Shown one piece after another: positions 1 to 10,055 of a DNA stretch of 64,000 nucleotides. The first letter of the stretch is position 1; every line of letters begins with the position of its first letter. The position numbers and the translations under genes are program-made. The notes under the pieces are model-generated. The model was not told where the DNA came from. It saw only the letters and a list, made by a program, of their open reading frames with translations, and made no database searches. The stretch comes from a virus: the IMG/VR virus record IMGVR_UViG_3300016665_000824, positions 70,297 through 134,296 of that record, one strand, 5' to 3'.

Positions 1-297
1 CAAGCTTTCGCCGCAACATCTACCCTAGCGAATGTGGCTAGTAGTGCGACATCAGTTAGCTTGTTAGCTGCCAACAATAACCGCAAAACAGCAATCATTC
101 TAAATGATTCGACTTCAGATTTATACGTTACTCTCAACGCAAGCGCCGCCAGTACGACGAATTATTCATTATTTTTAGCCGCTAAAGTTGGTAACACGCC
201 ATCATTTTTAGCTATAAATGGTGATGATTATTCGGGCGAAATTCGTGGAATTTGGAGTAGTGCTAATGGTTTCGCAAGAATTACGGAGGTCGTGTAA
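1..297 (+). CDS. virion structural protein, C-terminal part (5' end lies outside the window); tail-fibre-like
   Basis: Reading frame is open from nt 1 (no stop before the GTG at 34); Ser/Thr/Ala/Asn-rich low-complexity sequence typical of fibre proteins; stop at 295-297 overlaps start of next gene. Confidence 0.35.
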   Translation, partial: QAFAATSTLANVASSATSVSLLAANNNRKTAIILNDSTSDLYVTLNASAASTTNYSLFLAAKVGNTPSFLAINGDDYSGEIRGIWSSANGFARITEVV

Positions 298-1202
298 TGA
301 TTATTGTTAATAATTCCACTAGTGCTGCTGGCATTGGGAAAAACTATTTTAAGAATCCCAATTTTCAAGTAATCCAAGGCACTGCATCAGGGACGCTCGC
401 CAATTCCACAGCATTACCCACAGCATCACTAGGATACCTAGGTGAGACTGAATGGGGTATTGCGGCGGCGGGTGGCACTCCTGCTTATGCTTTTAGCTCA
501 GCGAATGAATCTGTTACCTTTACGGGTGCAGCATCAACTACCGCTATTTATTTGCTTCAAAGACTTGAAAGCAGAGATATTACTACTCTAGCCAACAAAC
601 TGGCGACAATTACTTTTAGTGCTGAGATATCTAATTCGCTGCTTACTTCGGTAATTTGGGAAGTATTTCGCCCTACTACCACTGCTGACACTCATGGCAC
701 AATTGGCACACCTACGCAGACATTGATTGCTAGTGGAACGTTCACCGTAAACTCAACGCTGACAAAGTATAGCGCCACATTTACCCTTCCTGCATTAGCT
801 GCTAATGGACTGGAGGTAAGACTAAGAGTAGGGGCGCAAACTTCTGGAACTTGGGTGGTGTCAAGGTTGCAATTAGAAGAAGGTAGTGTTGCTACTAACT
901 TCATTTGTGATGATTATTTGACTGAATTGAATCAATGTCAAAGATACTTTAGAAGATTATCAGATTATCTATATGTTTATTTTGGTACTACTGGTGTATT
1001 AAATAGTGAACGAATGCATTTAAATATGTTTGGTACTACTAGAATTAGAAATTTAATAGCACAAAATTCAATAGGTGGAACTGGAGTTACTATATCAGCA
1101 GGACTTAATGAAGATTCAACTAGAGCTAATTATATAAATAATGCTGGAGCTGGTTACTATGGTGGCAATCCATTATATACAGTGTCAGCACACATCCCTT
1201 AA
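297..1202 (+). CDS. putative tail fibre / receptor-binding protein
   Basis: 301 aa, Gly/Ala/Ser/Thr-rich N-terminal part; C-terminal third (about nt 900-1200) is strongly AT-rich with different codon usage; ATG overlaps previous stop (TAATGA). Confidence 0.4.
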   Translation: MIIVNNSTSAAGIGKNYFKNPNFQVIQGTASGTLANSTALPTASLGYLGETEWGIAAAGGTPAYAFSSANESVTFTGAASTTAIYLLQRLESRDITTLANKLATITFSAEISNSLLTSVIWEVFRPTTTADTHGTIGTPTQTLIASGTFTVNSTLTKYSATFTLPALAANGLEVRLRVGAQTSGTWVVSRLQLEEGSVATNFICDDYLTELNQCQRYFRRLSDYLYVYFGTTGVLNSERMHLNMFGTTRIRNLIAQNSIGGTGVTISAGLNEDSTRANYINNAGAGYYGGNPLYTVSAHIP

Positions 1203-1219
1203 AAATACAAATAAAAACA

Positions 1220-1600
1220 ATGGAATTTACATATAAACTAATACAAAATCAACCAAACTCCATCATAAGACTTGAAGATGGAGCAATTATCCCAGAAGGG
1301 CATAATGGTGATTGGCAACTTTACGAGGCATGGTTAGCTGAAGGAAATACGCCTGAAGCCGCTGATGCGCTGCCTATTGTAGTGCGGGAAATCGATGCTC
1401 GTAAACTGCGATTAGCTTTGCTTCAATTAGGGCATCTATCTACCGTCACTAGCGCTATTTCTAGCCTTGGTGAGGCTGCAATCATTGATTGGGAATATGC
1501 CACAATCATTCGCGAAGATTACCCTTTGGTACTGGCTTTGGCAAGCAATTTAAATTTGGATATTAAAGCAATATTTGATTTAGCGAATTCATTGGTGTAA
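1220..1600 (+). CDS. hypothetical protein (positionally fibre-associated, possible assembly chaperone)
   Basis: 126-aa ORF directly downstream of fibre-like gene; no recognisable motif. Confidence 0.35.
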   Translation: MEFTYKLIQNQPNSIIRLEDGAIIPEGHNGDWQLYEAWLAEGNTPEAADALPIVVREIDARKLRLALLQLGHLSTVTSAISSLGEAAIIDWEYATIIREDYPLVLALASNLNLDIKAIFDLANSLV

Positions 1601-1602
1601 TT

Positions 1603-2148
1603 GTGGCAGGAGATCTAATCCCAATCTTAAAGAGCTATTTTGATTTTGCGGTGATCGCGCAAATATCGGACAATAGAGGTACGGTTGGGATACCTTCTCA
1701 ATCAAATCCCCCCGACAGCAGCATCAGCCAGATCAGCACTGCTGCTGTCGGTAGTGCTGTCGTTGTTACTGCTCTTTTTAAATTGTTTGAAAAATTTGGA
1801 ACAAATGTAATTGATGGGCAAAAAAGCAGGCTTAGCCTTGATTTAAAGGCTAAAGAGCTAGAGCTAGAATTTGAAAAGGCTGAAAAGTTGGCAGCCAGAA
1901 AAGAGGAAGAGCGCAAAACTGAACTAATCGAACAAATACTGAATAACGCACTGTCACACGTTTACAGCACAGCCAAAGAAAACAAAGAAATTTACCATGA
2001 ATTGCTTGAAAAATTCCAAAAAAGTAACGAAATTAACGAGAAAGCTTGGAGCAAAATAGAAGAACAAAGCCAAGAAATCCATTTGTTAAACCAAACTTTA
2101 AAAGATGTTTTAGCGACGCTAAGTTTGAAAGATCGTCAAAAAACCTAA
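1603..2148 (+). CDS. hypothetical membrane-anchored coiled-coil protein
   Basis: One hydrophobic segment (AAVGSAVVVTALFKLF) followed by Lys/Glu-rich coiled-coil region. Confidence 0.35.
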   Translation: MAGDLIPILKSYFDFAVIAQISDNRGTVGIPSQSNPPDSSISQISTAAVGSAVVVTALFKLFEKFGTNVIDGQKSRLSLDLKAKELELEFEKAEKLAARKEEERKTELIEQILNNALSHVYSTAKENKEIYHELLEKFQKSNEINEKAWSKIEEQSQEIHLLNQTLKDVLATLSLKDRQKT

Positions 2149-2214
2149 AACAAAAGCCCAACTCAAGCTATGGCAAGAATTGGGCGTAGGTTACGGACAG
2201 GGGTGGCTATGGGG

Positions 2215-2634
2215 TCAGGCCATTCCTACTTGATCTTGACCAGATAACGTAGCGATCGCCAACCACTCCGCTAGTCCATCGGCAAATCCTTTGTCACTGT
2301 ATTCGTCAAGGCTGTAGATAGAGTCGATGCGATCACGCACCTCTTCTAGCGTCAAACCTTCTTTTTGCCATTGTTTTAGCTTTCGCCCAATCACTTGATT
2401 GAACTTCTCGATTTGTGGCGCTAGATTTTCTCTCGCCAACTCAGAAATGCGATCGCGCAAATCATTCTCTTCGATTTCGGAGATCTCATCGTCAAACCGT
2501 TGCAGATATTCGGGATTTTCTTGAGCAATGCGAACGCGGAGTAGCTGTATCGCATCATCGAACAGGATGTCGATTTCGTTAGGTGCGATCGCGTCAGTCC
2601 TATAGCCAAGCTTTTCTAATACTTCGAGTTTCAT
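2215..2634 (-). CDS. hypothetical protein
   Basis: 139-aa ORF, last gene of minus-strand structural block; stop overlaps start of upstream gene. Confidence 0.4.
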   Translation of the reverse strand: MKLEVLEKLGYRTDAIAPNEIDILFDDAIQLLRVRIAQENPEYLQRFDDEISEIEENDLRDRISELARENLAPQIEKFNQVIGRKLKQWQKEGLTLEEVRDRIDSIYSLDEYSDKGFADGLAEWLAIATLSGQDQVGMA

Positions 2635-3041
2635 ACCTCTACCGCCTTAACACCATAATCGAAACTGAGAAGCTTGATCAAAAAGCTTGGCAACTCATCT
2701 TCAAGTCTAGTAAATCCAGTCTCTGACTGCCCTTCAAGATACGTGTAAACGTAGTAGGGAGCTTCTTCTTGGAGTAAGAAATAAAATTGATATCCTTGAT
2801 GATCGTAAAAAACAATAGCTTCGTCAGGAAGTTCCTTTAAAAACCCATCCTCTTTGAGCAAAGATTTAAAAGCTGCTTTTACTTCGGAGCAAGAGTGAAC
2901 AAGCAGGGCTATCAACTTGTTGTTCTCGCCTAGTAGTAGTTCTGTACTCATAGACTGATGGAGTCGCTCAAACTCTTCGGTAGGAGCGTCGGAAAAATTT
3001 ATTCTTAGGAGATCCTGAACCTTATCGAAAACTATATACAT
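2631..3041 (-). CDS. hypothetical protein
   Basis: ORF 2631..3146; N-terminal 35 codons look non-coding (Arg/Gly-rich), so start moved to ATG at 3041 (MYIVFDK...). Confidence 0.4.
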   Translation of the reverse strand: MYIVFDKVQDLLRINFSDAPTEEFERLHQSMSTELLLGENNKLIALLVHSCSEVKAAFKSLLKEDGFLKELPDEAIVFYDHQGYQFYFLLQEEAPYYVYTYLEGQSETGFTRLEDELPSFLIKLLSFDYGVKAVEV

Positions 3042-3256
3042 TTTAATCCTAAATCCTTGGTGGCTTTGATAGCGTCCTTTTCTGAGTCGGCGGCGTACAG
3101 GCAAAACTTGTCGGCGATCGCCTGTACCTTCCATAGCCCTGCCCATCCCTGCTCGATCTCAACTGGTTCCTGTGTATTCACAATGTTGGTGGCACGAATC
3201 AAGGTGTTGCTGAGCAGGTGGGAGTTTTGAATATCTTCGAGTGTTAATTTTGCCAT
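3032..3256 (-). CDS. hypothetical small protein
   Basis: 74-aa ORF immediately downstream of putative portal gene; 10-nt overlap with next gene. Confidence 0.3.
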   Translation of the reverse strand: MAKLTLEDIQNSHLLSNTLIRATNIVNTQEPVEIEQGWAGLWKVQAIADKFCLYAADSEKDAIKATKDLGLKCI

Positions 3257-4912
3257 TTATTTGAGTCGTCCCTCAACCCACATCTTAGCAAAGGGAGAGT
3301 CCAAATCCTTAAACAACCGAGAAGCAATTTCTACAGCCGAAACGGAATCCTGTTTAACACCTTCTTCGGGAGGTGTATCTGCTTGACCCTGATCTGCACC
3401 TTGATCGCCAAAGTAGTCGCCACCTTGATCGCCGCCATATCCCTGTAGAGCTGCAAGCTCTTGTTGCTGCTTGGCTAATTCTTCATCCTGCTTCAGTTTT
3501 TCCCACGCTTCCTTATCGAGAGAGACCTCATAGGAGTACTCTGTTCCACCGTAGAGGCTAGCGCGAACTTCATCCTTAGTAATTGCTCCCGACTGGGTTT
3601 GCAGAGCGATAAGCATATTAGTGTGAGCAGTTTGGTTGGCTACTTCATCTTTGCGACTCTCTACATAGAGGGGTTTAAACTTATAAGACCATCCTTCAGG
3701 GATCTTACCCTTCGTAGGGCCATCTTGAGCGAGCCAAATATACTTGTAAAGCATATCCAACTTGCGGTGGCGATAATTCTGCTCTTGATAGGCAGCAACG
3801 GTCTTTGACCAAACCTGATCTTCGGTTTCTCCAGTACCACCTGCCGCTAACCCTTTTGGTCCACGCCCAAAGATCATTGTGTAAGGAATCCCCACCGCAG
3901 CAACCAAATCTTCTTGAAAGCTCGCTTTCATGTCGGACAAGCCTTGGTAGTTCCGCACTAGATAAGTAAGGTCATCTTCCGAGTCTACCGACACCGCCCC
4001 CAGCTTCCGCATCTGCATCTTCATGGCGCGAAACTGTTCTGAAAGAATGGTTAAAGCTTTTGGCACTCCATTGGTAGTGGCAGCTCCACCAGCAGCTTTT
4101 TCTTGGGCAAGATTTTGTTTGATCAGGTTTTGCAGGTTCTTCATCTTGTGGAGAAGAATCGTGTGATCTTGAATCATCTCCGCCATTGCGTCGGAGACTT
4201 TTGTGTAGCGAGCAATTTCTTTGAGTGCTGAGACGATTAGCGGATCGCCCCATCCACCCGTCGATCGCAACAATCTTGGAGGTAATCGAGAACCATCAAA
4301 TCGAATAATCCGCGATTTGTGAATTAAGTTGAACGAGGTGTAGTTTGAGCCTAACTTATCTATCTTGGATTTCGATTCTTGGGAGTAAAAGACCTGATAA
4401 AAGTCGGGGTCATCAGAGGGTGCATCAAGGTTTGGGAAATACGGGCGGATATCCTGCGGGTCAAGCTCGTAGATACCCTTGATGGTTTTAATTTTTGCCG
4501 TGTTAACTGGCTCGTTTGGGGGTAGCCCATCATCGATATTGACGAGAATAGCTGCGCCGCCATAAATATTCGCTAGCCAGTCAGCCTTATTAAATTTGTA
4601 TTTCGCTTCTATCCTTTCTTCGTACTGTTCAAAGGCTGTGGCAATCTTGCGATCAGTGTCCTTAACTAAGCTAATCTCAGTCCATTTTCTTGTTGCCTCG
4701 TCAGGAAACACCGAGACAATTTTCTTTCCTAGCCAGTCCCTAGATAGTTCTTCGAGGGCTTTGTAGCTTAGTCTGCGCCGATCGCCTGTGCTATTCATCC
4801 CCAGATCATTCTGAGCGAGCAGGTTGTTGTTGTACTCAGCCTCATAGAGCGCATCGATAATGGCTCCGTCTTGTCTCACATAGACTTCGGGATAATCTGT
4901 TTCTTTGGACAT
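3257..4912 (-). CDS. putative portal protein (large virion protein)
   Basis: 551 aa, acidic, C-terminal Gly/Asp/Gln-rich disordered tail, located in structural block; size and composition fit phage portals but no diagnostic motif verified. Confidence 0.4.
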   Translation of the reverse strand: MSKETDYPEVYVRQDGAIIDALYEAEYNNNLLAQNDLGMNSTGDRRRLSYKALEELSRDWLGKKIVSVFPDEATRKWTEISLVKDTDRKIATAFEQYEERIEAKYKFNKADWLANIYGGAAILVNIDDGLPPNEPVNTAKIKTIKGIYELDPQDIRPYFPNLDAPSDDPDFYQVFYSQESKSKIDKLGSNYTSFNLIHKSRIIRFDGSRLPPRLLRSTGGWGDPLIVSALKEIARYTKVSDAMAEMIQDHTILLHKMKNLQNLIKQNLAQEKAAGGAATTNGVPKALTILSEQFRAMKMQMRKLGAVSVDSEDDLTYLVRNYQGLSDMKASFQEDLVAAVGIPYTMIFGRGPKGLAAGGTGETEDQVWSKTVAAYQEQNYRHRKLDMLYKYIWLAQDGPTKGKIPEGWSYKFKPLYVESRKDEVANQTAHTNMLIALQTQSGAITKDEVRASLYGGTEYSYEVSLDKEAWEKLKQDEELAKQQQELAALQGYGGDQGGDYFGDQGADQGQADTPPEEGVKQDSVSAVEIASRLFKDLDSPFAKMWVEGRLK

Positions 4913-4961
4913 ATTCAGTGGCGATCGCGTATGTCCATCTGACAGGCGATCGCCACTGAAT
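4913..4961. repeat. perfect 16-bp inverted repeat (ATTCAGTG+HIP1 / HIP1+CACTGAAT) with 17-nt loop abutting the start codon of gene 3257..4912
   Basis: attcagtggcgatcgc ... gcgatcgccactgaat read directly from sequence. Confidence 0.6.
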
Positions 4962-4973
4962 CAGGAGTATTTG

Positions 4974-5013
4974 CTAAAAAAGCAAAACAGGACTGCGTTG
5001 GCAATCCTGTTTT
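4974..5013 (-). terminator. intrinsic terminator for minus-strand gene 5033..5767
   Basis: 9-bp perfect stem aaaacagga/tcctgtttt with 12-nt loop; on the minus strand it is followed by a U-run (plus-strand ctaaaaaag). Confidence 0.5.
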
Positions 5014-5032
5014 AGGTGATTCAGATCGGAAT

Positions 5033-5767
5033 CTATTCTGGGATGTCTATATCCCCAAGCGCTCTTATCTTCTCTCTAAACTCTATAAATGTCCTTACCA
5101 CGCCTATGTAGTCACTAAATCGAGTCTTAAGCTCAGAGACTTCTTTCTGGCTTAGCTGTAGAGACTCAATATAGTTTTGTTCTCGATCCTTGAGGTTCGC
5201 GTTCTCTTCCTTAAGATCCGCAATCTGTCTGCGTAGATCGGCGATCGCTATTAGGATCTGATCAATCTCCTCCTTTGTTATTGCGCTTGGAGGATCTTCA
5301 AACTCCCCATTCTGTAGGGCGATCGCGCCAATCTTCCGAATAGCTTCGCGGTACTGAAGTCTTTCTTTCTGGAGGTCGTAGGCACTTTTCTCGATCTTTG
5401 TATACTCTGCGTCAGTCACGTATGGAGGGGACTCCACTTCGACACACAGAAAGTTCGTGCCAATTCTTGCTAATCTATACCCAATCTCGGACTTAGCTCG
5501 ACGGATATGATTTATCTGGGATTCCAGCTTTGTATAGAACTCGTCGGTCTCAACGTCGGACGGAGAAAAACCTTCGTCTAGCAAGAGCCTGCCAAGATAA
5601 TCAATCTTTTTAGCGAATAGCTTCTTGGTTTCTACTGCTCGTTCGTAGTCTTCTAGCTGCTCAACATAGGTCTGTGCAAGCGTCTGAATACTCTCGTACT
5701 GCGATCGCGGAACGAACCACTTGGAAAGGATGTCGTTAATTAGATTCAAATCAATCCTCCAGCTCAT
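5033..5767 (-). CDS. hypothetical coiled-coil protein (possible scaffold/assembly protein)
   Basis: ORF 5033..5824; likely start at ATG 5767 (MSWRIDLN...); heptad-rich sequence. Confidence 0.4.
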   Translation of the reverse strand: MSWRIDLNLINDILSKWFVPRSQYESIQTLAQTYVEQLEDYERAVETKKLFAKKIDYLGRLLLDEGFSPSDVETDEFYTKLESQINHIRRAKSEIGYRLARIGTNFLCVEVESPPYVTDAEYTKIEKSAYDLQKERLQYREAIRKIGAIALQNGEFEDPPSAITKEEIDQILIAIADLRRQIADLKEENANLKDREQNYIESLQLSQKEVSELKTRFSDYIGVVRTFIEFREKIRALGDIDIPE

Positions 5768-6440
5768 CTGCGTCTGGGGGTGCGGGAGTGCTAACCACAG
5801 TAAGCCAATTAGCTTTTTGCTCAACTAAAGCCGCTTGATAGTCCTGCTCCTCAAGAGTGGAGAGATCGGGGCGCAACTCGGCTAGTTTTTCGTCAGGAAT
5901 GGCAATCAATTTTTCGGCAGTTTTGACTGCGGCGATTTCTTCGGGAGTTACTTGCTGCCCAGTGAGATCTTCTAGGGTTGGCGCTTCAGGAGTTTTTTCG
6001 CCGAAGCCTTTTTTCTTGCGAGATTTCTTTTCTGGTTGAGGCTCCTCCACTGCGGCTTCCGTATTTTGAGGTAACACCGCATTGATAAATTCAATCAGTT
6101 CAGTTGCACCCAAACTTGCTGGCAAGGTGGGGATTAGCTTTCTGAGATTATTCTCCAATGCTACGCGGGGATTCTTGGCGGGGTCTGGCTCGATTTCAGG
6201 GTCTAGGTTTAGAGAGAACAAGAAAGCCGAGTCGCGATCGCTAGATTGTGTTTCCACCATTAGATCCTGAAAGGCTTTTACGGGATCTTTGGTTGTTAGC
6301 GCCGACTCATAGGCTTTGGCGGACGAAATTTTTAAAAGCGACCAAATAATCTTGGTGGCAGGATCGATCGCGGCATCGCCAGAAACGAAGGGGTACTCAA
6401 CGCCGCGCACGGTGATAGTGTTACTCAACGAATTCTCCAT
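5751..6440 (-). CDS. hypothetical acidic protein
   Basis: 229-aa ORF, Glu/Pro-rich central region; tightly packed in structural block. Confidence 0.4.
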   Translation of the reverse strand: MENSLSNTITVRGVEYPFVSGDAAIDPATKIIWSLLKISSAKAYESALTTKDPVKAFQDLMVETQSSDRDSAFLFSLNLDPEIEPDPAKNPRVALENNLRKLIPTLPASLGATELIEFINAVLPQNTEAAVEEPQPEKKSRKKKGFGEKTPEAPTLEDLTGQQVTPEEIAAVKTAEKLIAIPDEKLAELRPDLSTLEEQDYQAALVEQKANWLTVVSTPAPPDADELED

Positions 6441-6951
6441 AAATATTTAGGTTTGACTGATATCGAAAAATCACGCCGAAGGGGATATCGACTATCCATG
6501 CAGGTGACTGCTCATACTGCGTCCTTATGGGCTGTCTTGGTACAGGGGTAATATCCCGTCCGTCCCATTCGACTCCTAAGAAGTTTTTGCTGGGGATTTT
6601 AAATCTGTTGTACTTCGCGATCGCGTGAGAGATGAACGCCAGTTCGACAGGAACTTTTTGTTTGTATTCAGTCTCGTTGGCATATCCTTTGATCGCCAAA
6701 ACCTCAATCCTTTGCATTCGATAAGCCCTGTTTGGGCTGTCGGGACGCTCAGAATCTTTGCCGTGGTCGCCAATTGAAGCTATGCCGACGGTCTCGCCTT
6801 CGATCACGTTGTAGTAATCCCCACTAGTGTCTAAGTGCAGCTCACTGATAATGTGTGCGACAAAGTGATTTATCGACTCGGTTATAAGCCCTTTGTAATA
6901 GTCTTCAAAGTTCATCGTGGCGATCGCAAAATATTGCCTTGATATTACCAC
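6421..6951 (-). CDS. hypothetical protein
   Basis: 176-aa ORF, overlaps downstream gene by 20 nt. Confidence 0.4.
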   Translation of the reverse strand: MVISRQYFAIATMNFEDYYKGLITESINHFVAHIISELHLDTSGDYYNVIEGETVGIASIGDHGKDSERPDSPNRAYRMQRIEVLAIKGYANETEYKQKVPVELAFISHAIAKYNRFKIPSKNFLGVEWDGRDITPVPRQPIRTQYEQSPAWIVDIPFGVIFRYQSNLNIYGEFVE

Positions 6952-7077
6952 AGAAATGCGTTATGGTTGTTATGCGATCGCCAAGTCTCAATTGGCAGGA
7001 AGAATGTCACTGGCGACAAACATAAGGATACGCGGCGAGATACTGGCGATCATCTTAAAAGAAATCGTAAAAACCAC

Positions 7078-7509
7078 ATGAAAGAACTTGAAAACAATAA
7101 AGATCTTGAATCTTTTCTAAAAGAGCTGCGAGAGCAGGCGGTTGCGGGTGACTTTGGTGTGGATGCTCTGCTTAACGAAGTAAGGAAAGCCGCAAAAAAG
7201 TGTGAAGAATTTAGGAATACAGAGTCTAGTCAGCCCAAGGATATTGAGTTTATTCAAGCTCTAATGCGATTTGCCGCTAACCAGCCCAGTCTTGCATTTC
7301 TAACCCCTTATTTTGGCAAACAAAAATCAGAAGAAGAAGTTCAGGCTATTTTTAAATCGTTGCTGCTTAGGGAGTTAGGAGAACTCAAACTCTCTGCTAA
7401 TCACCACAAAGCCAGTATTCAGTTCTATCAATATGAACTAAAAAGGAACGAGAGATATCGAGCAGACATAGAAGAAGCGATCTCCAGAAATTATCCAAAC
7501 CTAAAATAA
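7078..7509 (+). CDS. hypothetical protein
   Basis: ORF 6967..7509 begins at TTG; first ATG at 7078 (MKELENN...). Confidence 0.35.
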   Translation: MKELENNKDLESFLKELREQAVAGDFGVDALLNEVRKAAKKCEEFRNTESSQPKDIEFIQALMRFAANQPSLAFLTPYFGKQKSEEEVQAIFKSLLLRELGELKLSANHHKASIQFYQYELKRNERYRADIEEAISRNYPNLK

Positions 7510-7754
7510 TGAACTTGTATATTTCAATTCTGTCGTACCTATCCCTTGGAGTTGCCTATACTCTTCTGAGGTACAAATACCTTGAAGACAACTGTATTAG
7601 GGCTTTGCGAGACAATTTTTCTTATCTGGATTCACGAACTCAAAATCTTCTGCTAAAACAGGTTCTTTTCTCCGTCGTCTTGACTTATCCTCTGTTTATT
7701 CTTGGAGGCATTTGGGACTGGATATGCGATCGCTTTAATCCGCCCGAAGACTAA
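7509..7754 (+). CDS. small membrane protein
   Basis: 81 aa with two hydrophobic segments; ATG overlaps previous stop. Confidence 0.3.
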   Translation: MNLYISILSYLSLGVAYTLLRYKYLEDNCIRALRDNFSYLDSRTQNLLLKQVLFSVVLTYPLFILGGIWDWICDRFNPPED

Positions 7755-8485
7755 AACCCATCGGGGAAACAAACTCCCCGATCGCGCAGAATTCCCGCAA
7801 TATCATCCTTAACCCCTTCCCAGTATTCCCGATCAATCTTGCCGACTGCGACAGTCCGAGAAGTGGTCGGGAATTTTTGATCTTTCTCGGCATCTTTAGG
7901 ATCTCGCTGGAGGTTAGCAGCTTCCTCAAGAATATCCATGACCATGCCCATGCCAAAACTCTTAAGCACCGTATCGCCAGAGCCTTTGAAATTTAGATGT
8001 ACTGCGGCAATGATGCGAGCGTCCAAATTGCCTGTCGAGAGCGGTGCGGAAGGCTTGTCTTTGGACTGTTTGGGTTGACGACTTTGCTTGGCGGGATAGG
8101 TCAAACCCATCAACAATTGCAGTTGTGATAGACCAGGCATTTCCTGCTCGTAGCCAACGGGTTTAACTGGCTCGGTACAGAAGAAAAAGTTGTGGCGGGA
8201 CTTAGTGGTGAGATTGTCGATATTTAGGAGGCAGTCTGGCTGGGTGCGGCGAAATATCAGCGCGATCGCCTCTAAATGTTTGCGCGATCGATATACCAAG
8301 AACTGATGCACCGTAATTTCATCCTTTAATACTGCGTCGGGCGGATATACTGGTACACCCCTGATGAGTTCGAGCATGTCGTCGATAACAGGGATTAACT
8401 CGGAACGGGTATGAAAAGATGGTTCGCGAATAAATTCCCACGACTCGTCTTCATAGTTAATTTTCTGAGGATAAATTAAGGGCAC
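7751..8485 (-). CDS. hypothetical protein (structural block)
   Basis: 244-aa ORF. Confidence 0.4.
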   Translation of the reverse strand: MPLIYPQKINYEDESWEFIREPSFHTRSELIPVIDDMLELIRGVPVYPPDAVLKDEITVHQFLVYRSRKHLEAIALIFRRTQPDCLLNIDNLTTKSRHNFFFCTEPVKPVGYEQEMPGLSQLQLLMGLTYPAKQSRQPKQSKDKPSAPLSTGNLDARIIAAVHLNFKGSGDTVLKSFGMGMVMDILEEAANLQRDPKDAEKDQKFPTTSRTVAVGKIDREYWEGVKDDIAGILRDRGVCFPDGF

Positions 8486-9212
8486 TTACGGCTAAATTGT
8501 TGTTATCGAAAGCTAATCTCAAGGTGATGTTCTGCGCGTCGGCATCAAAAGCCTCAATTACGGGCAAAACATCCTTGATGACAACATGGTACGGCACTTC
8601 GCTTTTTATTGCCACAAGATTTAATTCGATGGGGGGTAAGGGCTGATTAGTGTTAACAACAACATCGTCCACCAAAACAACTGCCATTTGAGAGACGATC
8701 CGTTTGCCATAAAAGCTCCTGTTAACTTGAAAAGTACCATCGGGTGCGATCGCCACATCATTCCCATCGGTGTATTTGTCAGCAATCCGTAACGAAATAT
8801 TGTCGCAAAGAACTTTGGGCTGGTCGGTTGTATCGAGCTTATAGTTAGCCGTCAATCGCTGAGTTGGTTCTAGCCTGCCCGTACCATCTTGATTGACGTT
8901 GGCTTGAAACAAGTAGCGTTGGCGGTAGTTTTTGTGGACTTTGTAATCTGAGCCAGAGGCGATCGCCACAATCTCCGCGCTATTAACAGTCTCAAATGAC
9001 AATGCGACCACAGGCATTTTTACTGGCGTACTTTCCTGTGATCGCATCTTACCGAAAAACATTTTGTCCGAGCAGGCATCTCGAAAGATCTCCTGCTCGG
9101 AGATGGCGATCGCGCCCAAGGACGGATACGCCGAAACTACTCGGCTTGGCTCCAATACAAGCCAAGCGCGGTAGAACACCATATCGTCGAGACTAGACTC
9201 CACGGGCAGCAC
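8457..9212 (-). CDS. hypothetical protein (structural block)
   Basis: 251-aa ORF. Confidence 0.4.
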   Translation of the reverse strand: MLPVESSLDDMVFYRAWLVLEPSRVVSAYPSLGAIAISEQEIFRDACSDKMFFGKMRSQESTPVKMPVVALSFETVNSAEIVAIASGSDYKVHKNYRQRYLFQANVNQDGTGRLEPTQRLTANYKLDTTDQPKVLCDNISLRIADKYTDGNDVAIAPDGTFQVNRSFYGKRIVSQMAVVLVDDVVVNTNQPLPPIELNLVAIKSEVPYHVVIKDVLPVIEAFDADAQNITLRLAFDNNNLAVSALNLSSEN

Positions 9213-9906
9213 GTAAAGCCTTGATAGACTTGGCGTGTTTAGCAGGTGCTAGGGTAACAACACCACTAGCACTTGCGGCGGTGGGTTGAGCACCGTCGAA
9301 GGACTGGAAGTCCACGCTGACTTGGAAGTAAGCATCGGCATCACCAGAAACACCAGCATTGATATTGGTGGTAAAGATCTTGCCGTAGTTGGGTACACCG
9401 CTCGCAGCCGTCGCAACGGTCGTACTGGAAATTGTAAAAGATGTGCCAGTCTCGGTAACAGCGATCGTGTGGGCTTGACCAGGAACTACCGAGGTTACGG
9501 TAATCGTGTAAGGACTAGCGACAGAAGCGGTGCTGGCGTAGAGATAAGGATTGAGGTTGATTAGAGCCAAGACAATTTCGATTACATCAGCAAGGCTGTC
9601 GCCAGACTGAACCGTGTAAGTCAACTCGCGAGTCTTGGGAGATCCAGAACCGTCGGTTGCCGAGACAATAACAGTGTCGCCTGCGGTAGGAGATGTTGCG
9701 GCAATAGTAAAGGTGGAAACTTGAGCGATCGCGCTAGGGTTGAAAGATAGGTAGTGGTCAACTGTGTTGCGCTTGTTGGAGCCTACAAAGTTGACACTAG
9801 TTTGAGCGGTCAGAGGCAGTGTTGTAGGGGTCGAAGTGGTCGCGGTTTGACCGTAAGTAATCGAAGATACTGCTTGAGCCGAAGCTTCGGGGCTGTAGGA
9901 AGGCAT
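9193..9906 (-). CDS. Ser/Thr-rich virion surface protein (decoration or fibre-like)
   Basis: 237 aa, long Thr/Ser/Ala/Val tracts typical of beta-rich phage surface proteins; first gene of minus-strand block. Confidence 0.4.
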   Translation of the reverse strand: MPSYSPEASAQAVSSITYGQTATTSTPTTLPLTAQTSVNFVGSNKRNTVDHYLSFNPSAIAQVSTFTIAATSPTAGDTVIVSATDGSGSPKTRELTYTVQSGDSLADVIEIVLALINLNPYLYASTASVASPYTITVTSVVPGQAHTIAVTETGTSFTISSTTVATAASGVPNYGKIFTTNINAGVSGDADAYFQVSVDFQSFDGAQPTAASASGVVTLAPAKHAKSIKALRAARGV

Positions 9907-10055
9907 TGAAAGTAATCCTCATGAGGGAATCCCCCGATACTTTCAGTTAAATAAGAAGGCTGTTTTTTTTTAGAGGAATTAGCGAATGTTATTCCCTATT
10001 TACCCTCGTTCTTGAGGTAGAATTACTTCAATCGATAACAAGCAGGGGTCTTCAC

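Noticed and set aside
692-904. Short antisense or shadow ORFs inside longer genes (for example 692-904, 1698-1916, 3373-3561, 3972-4253, 14630-15144, 21427-22037, 31679-32002, 44536-45189)
   Set aside because: Fully embedded in longer, better-supported ORFs on the opposite strand or in another frame, with low-complexity translations; treated as non-coding shadows.
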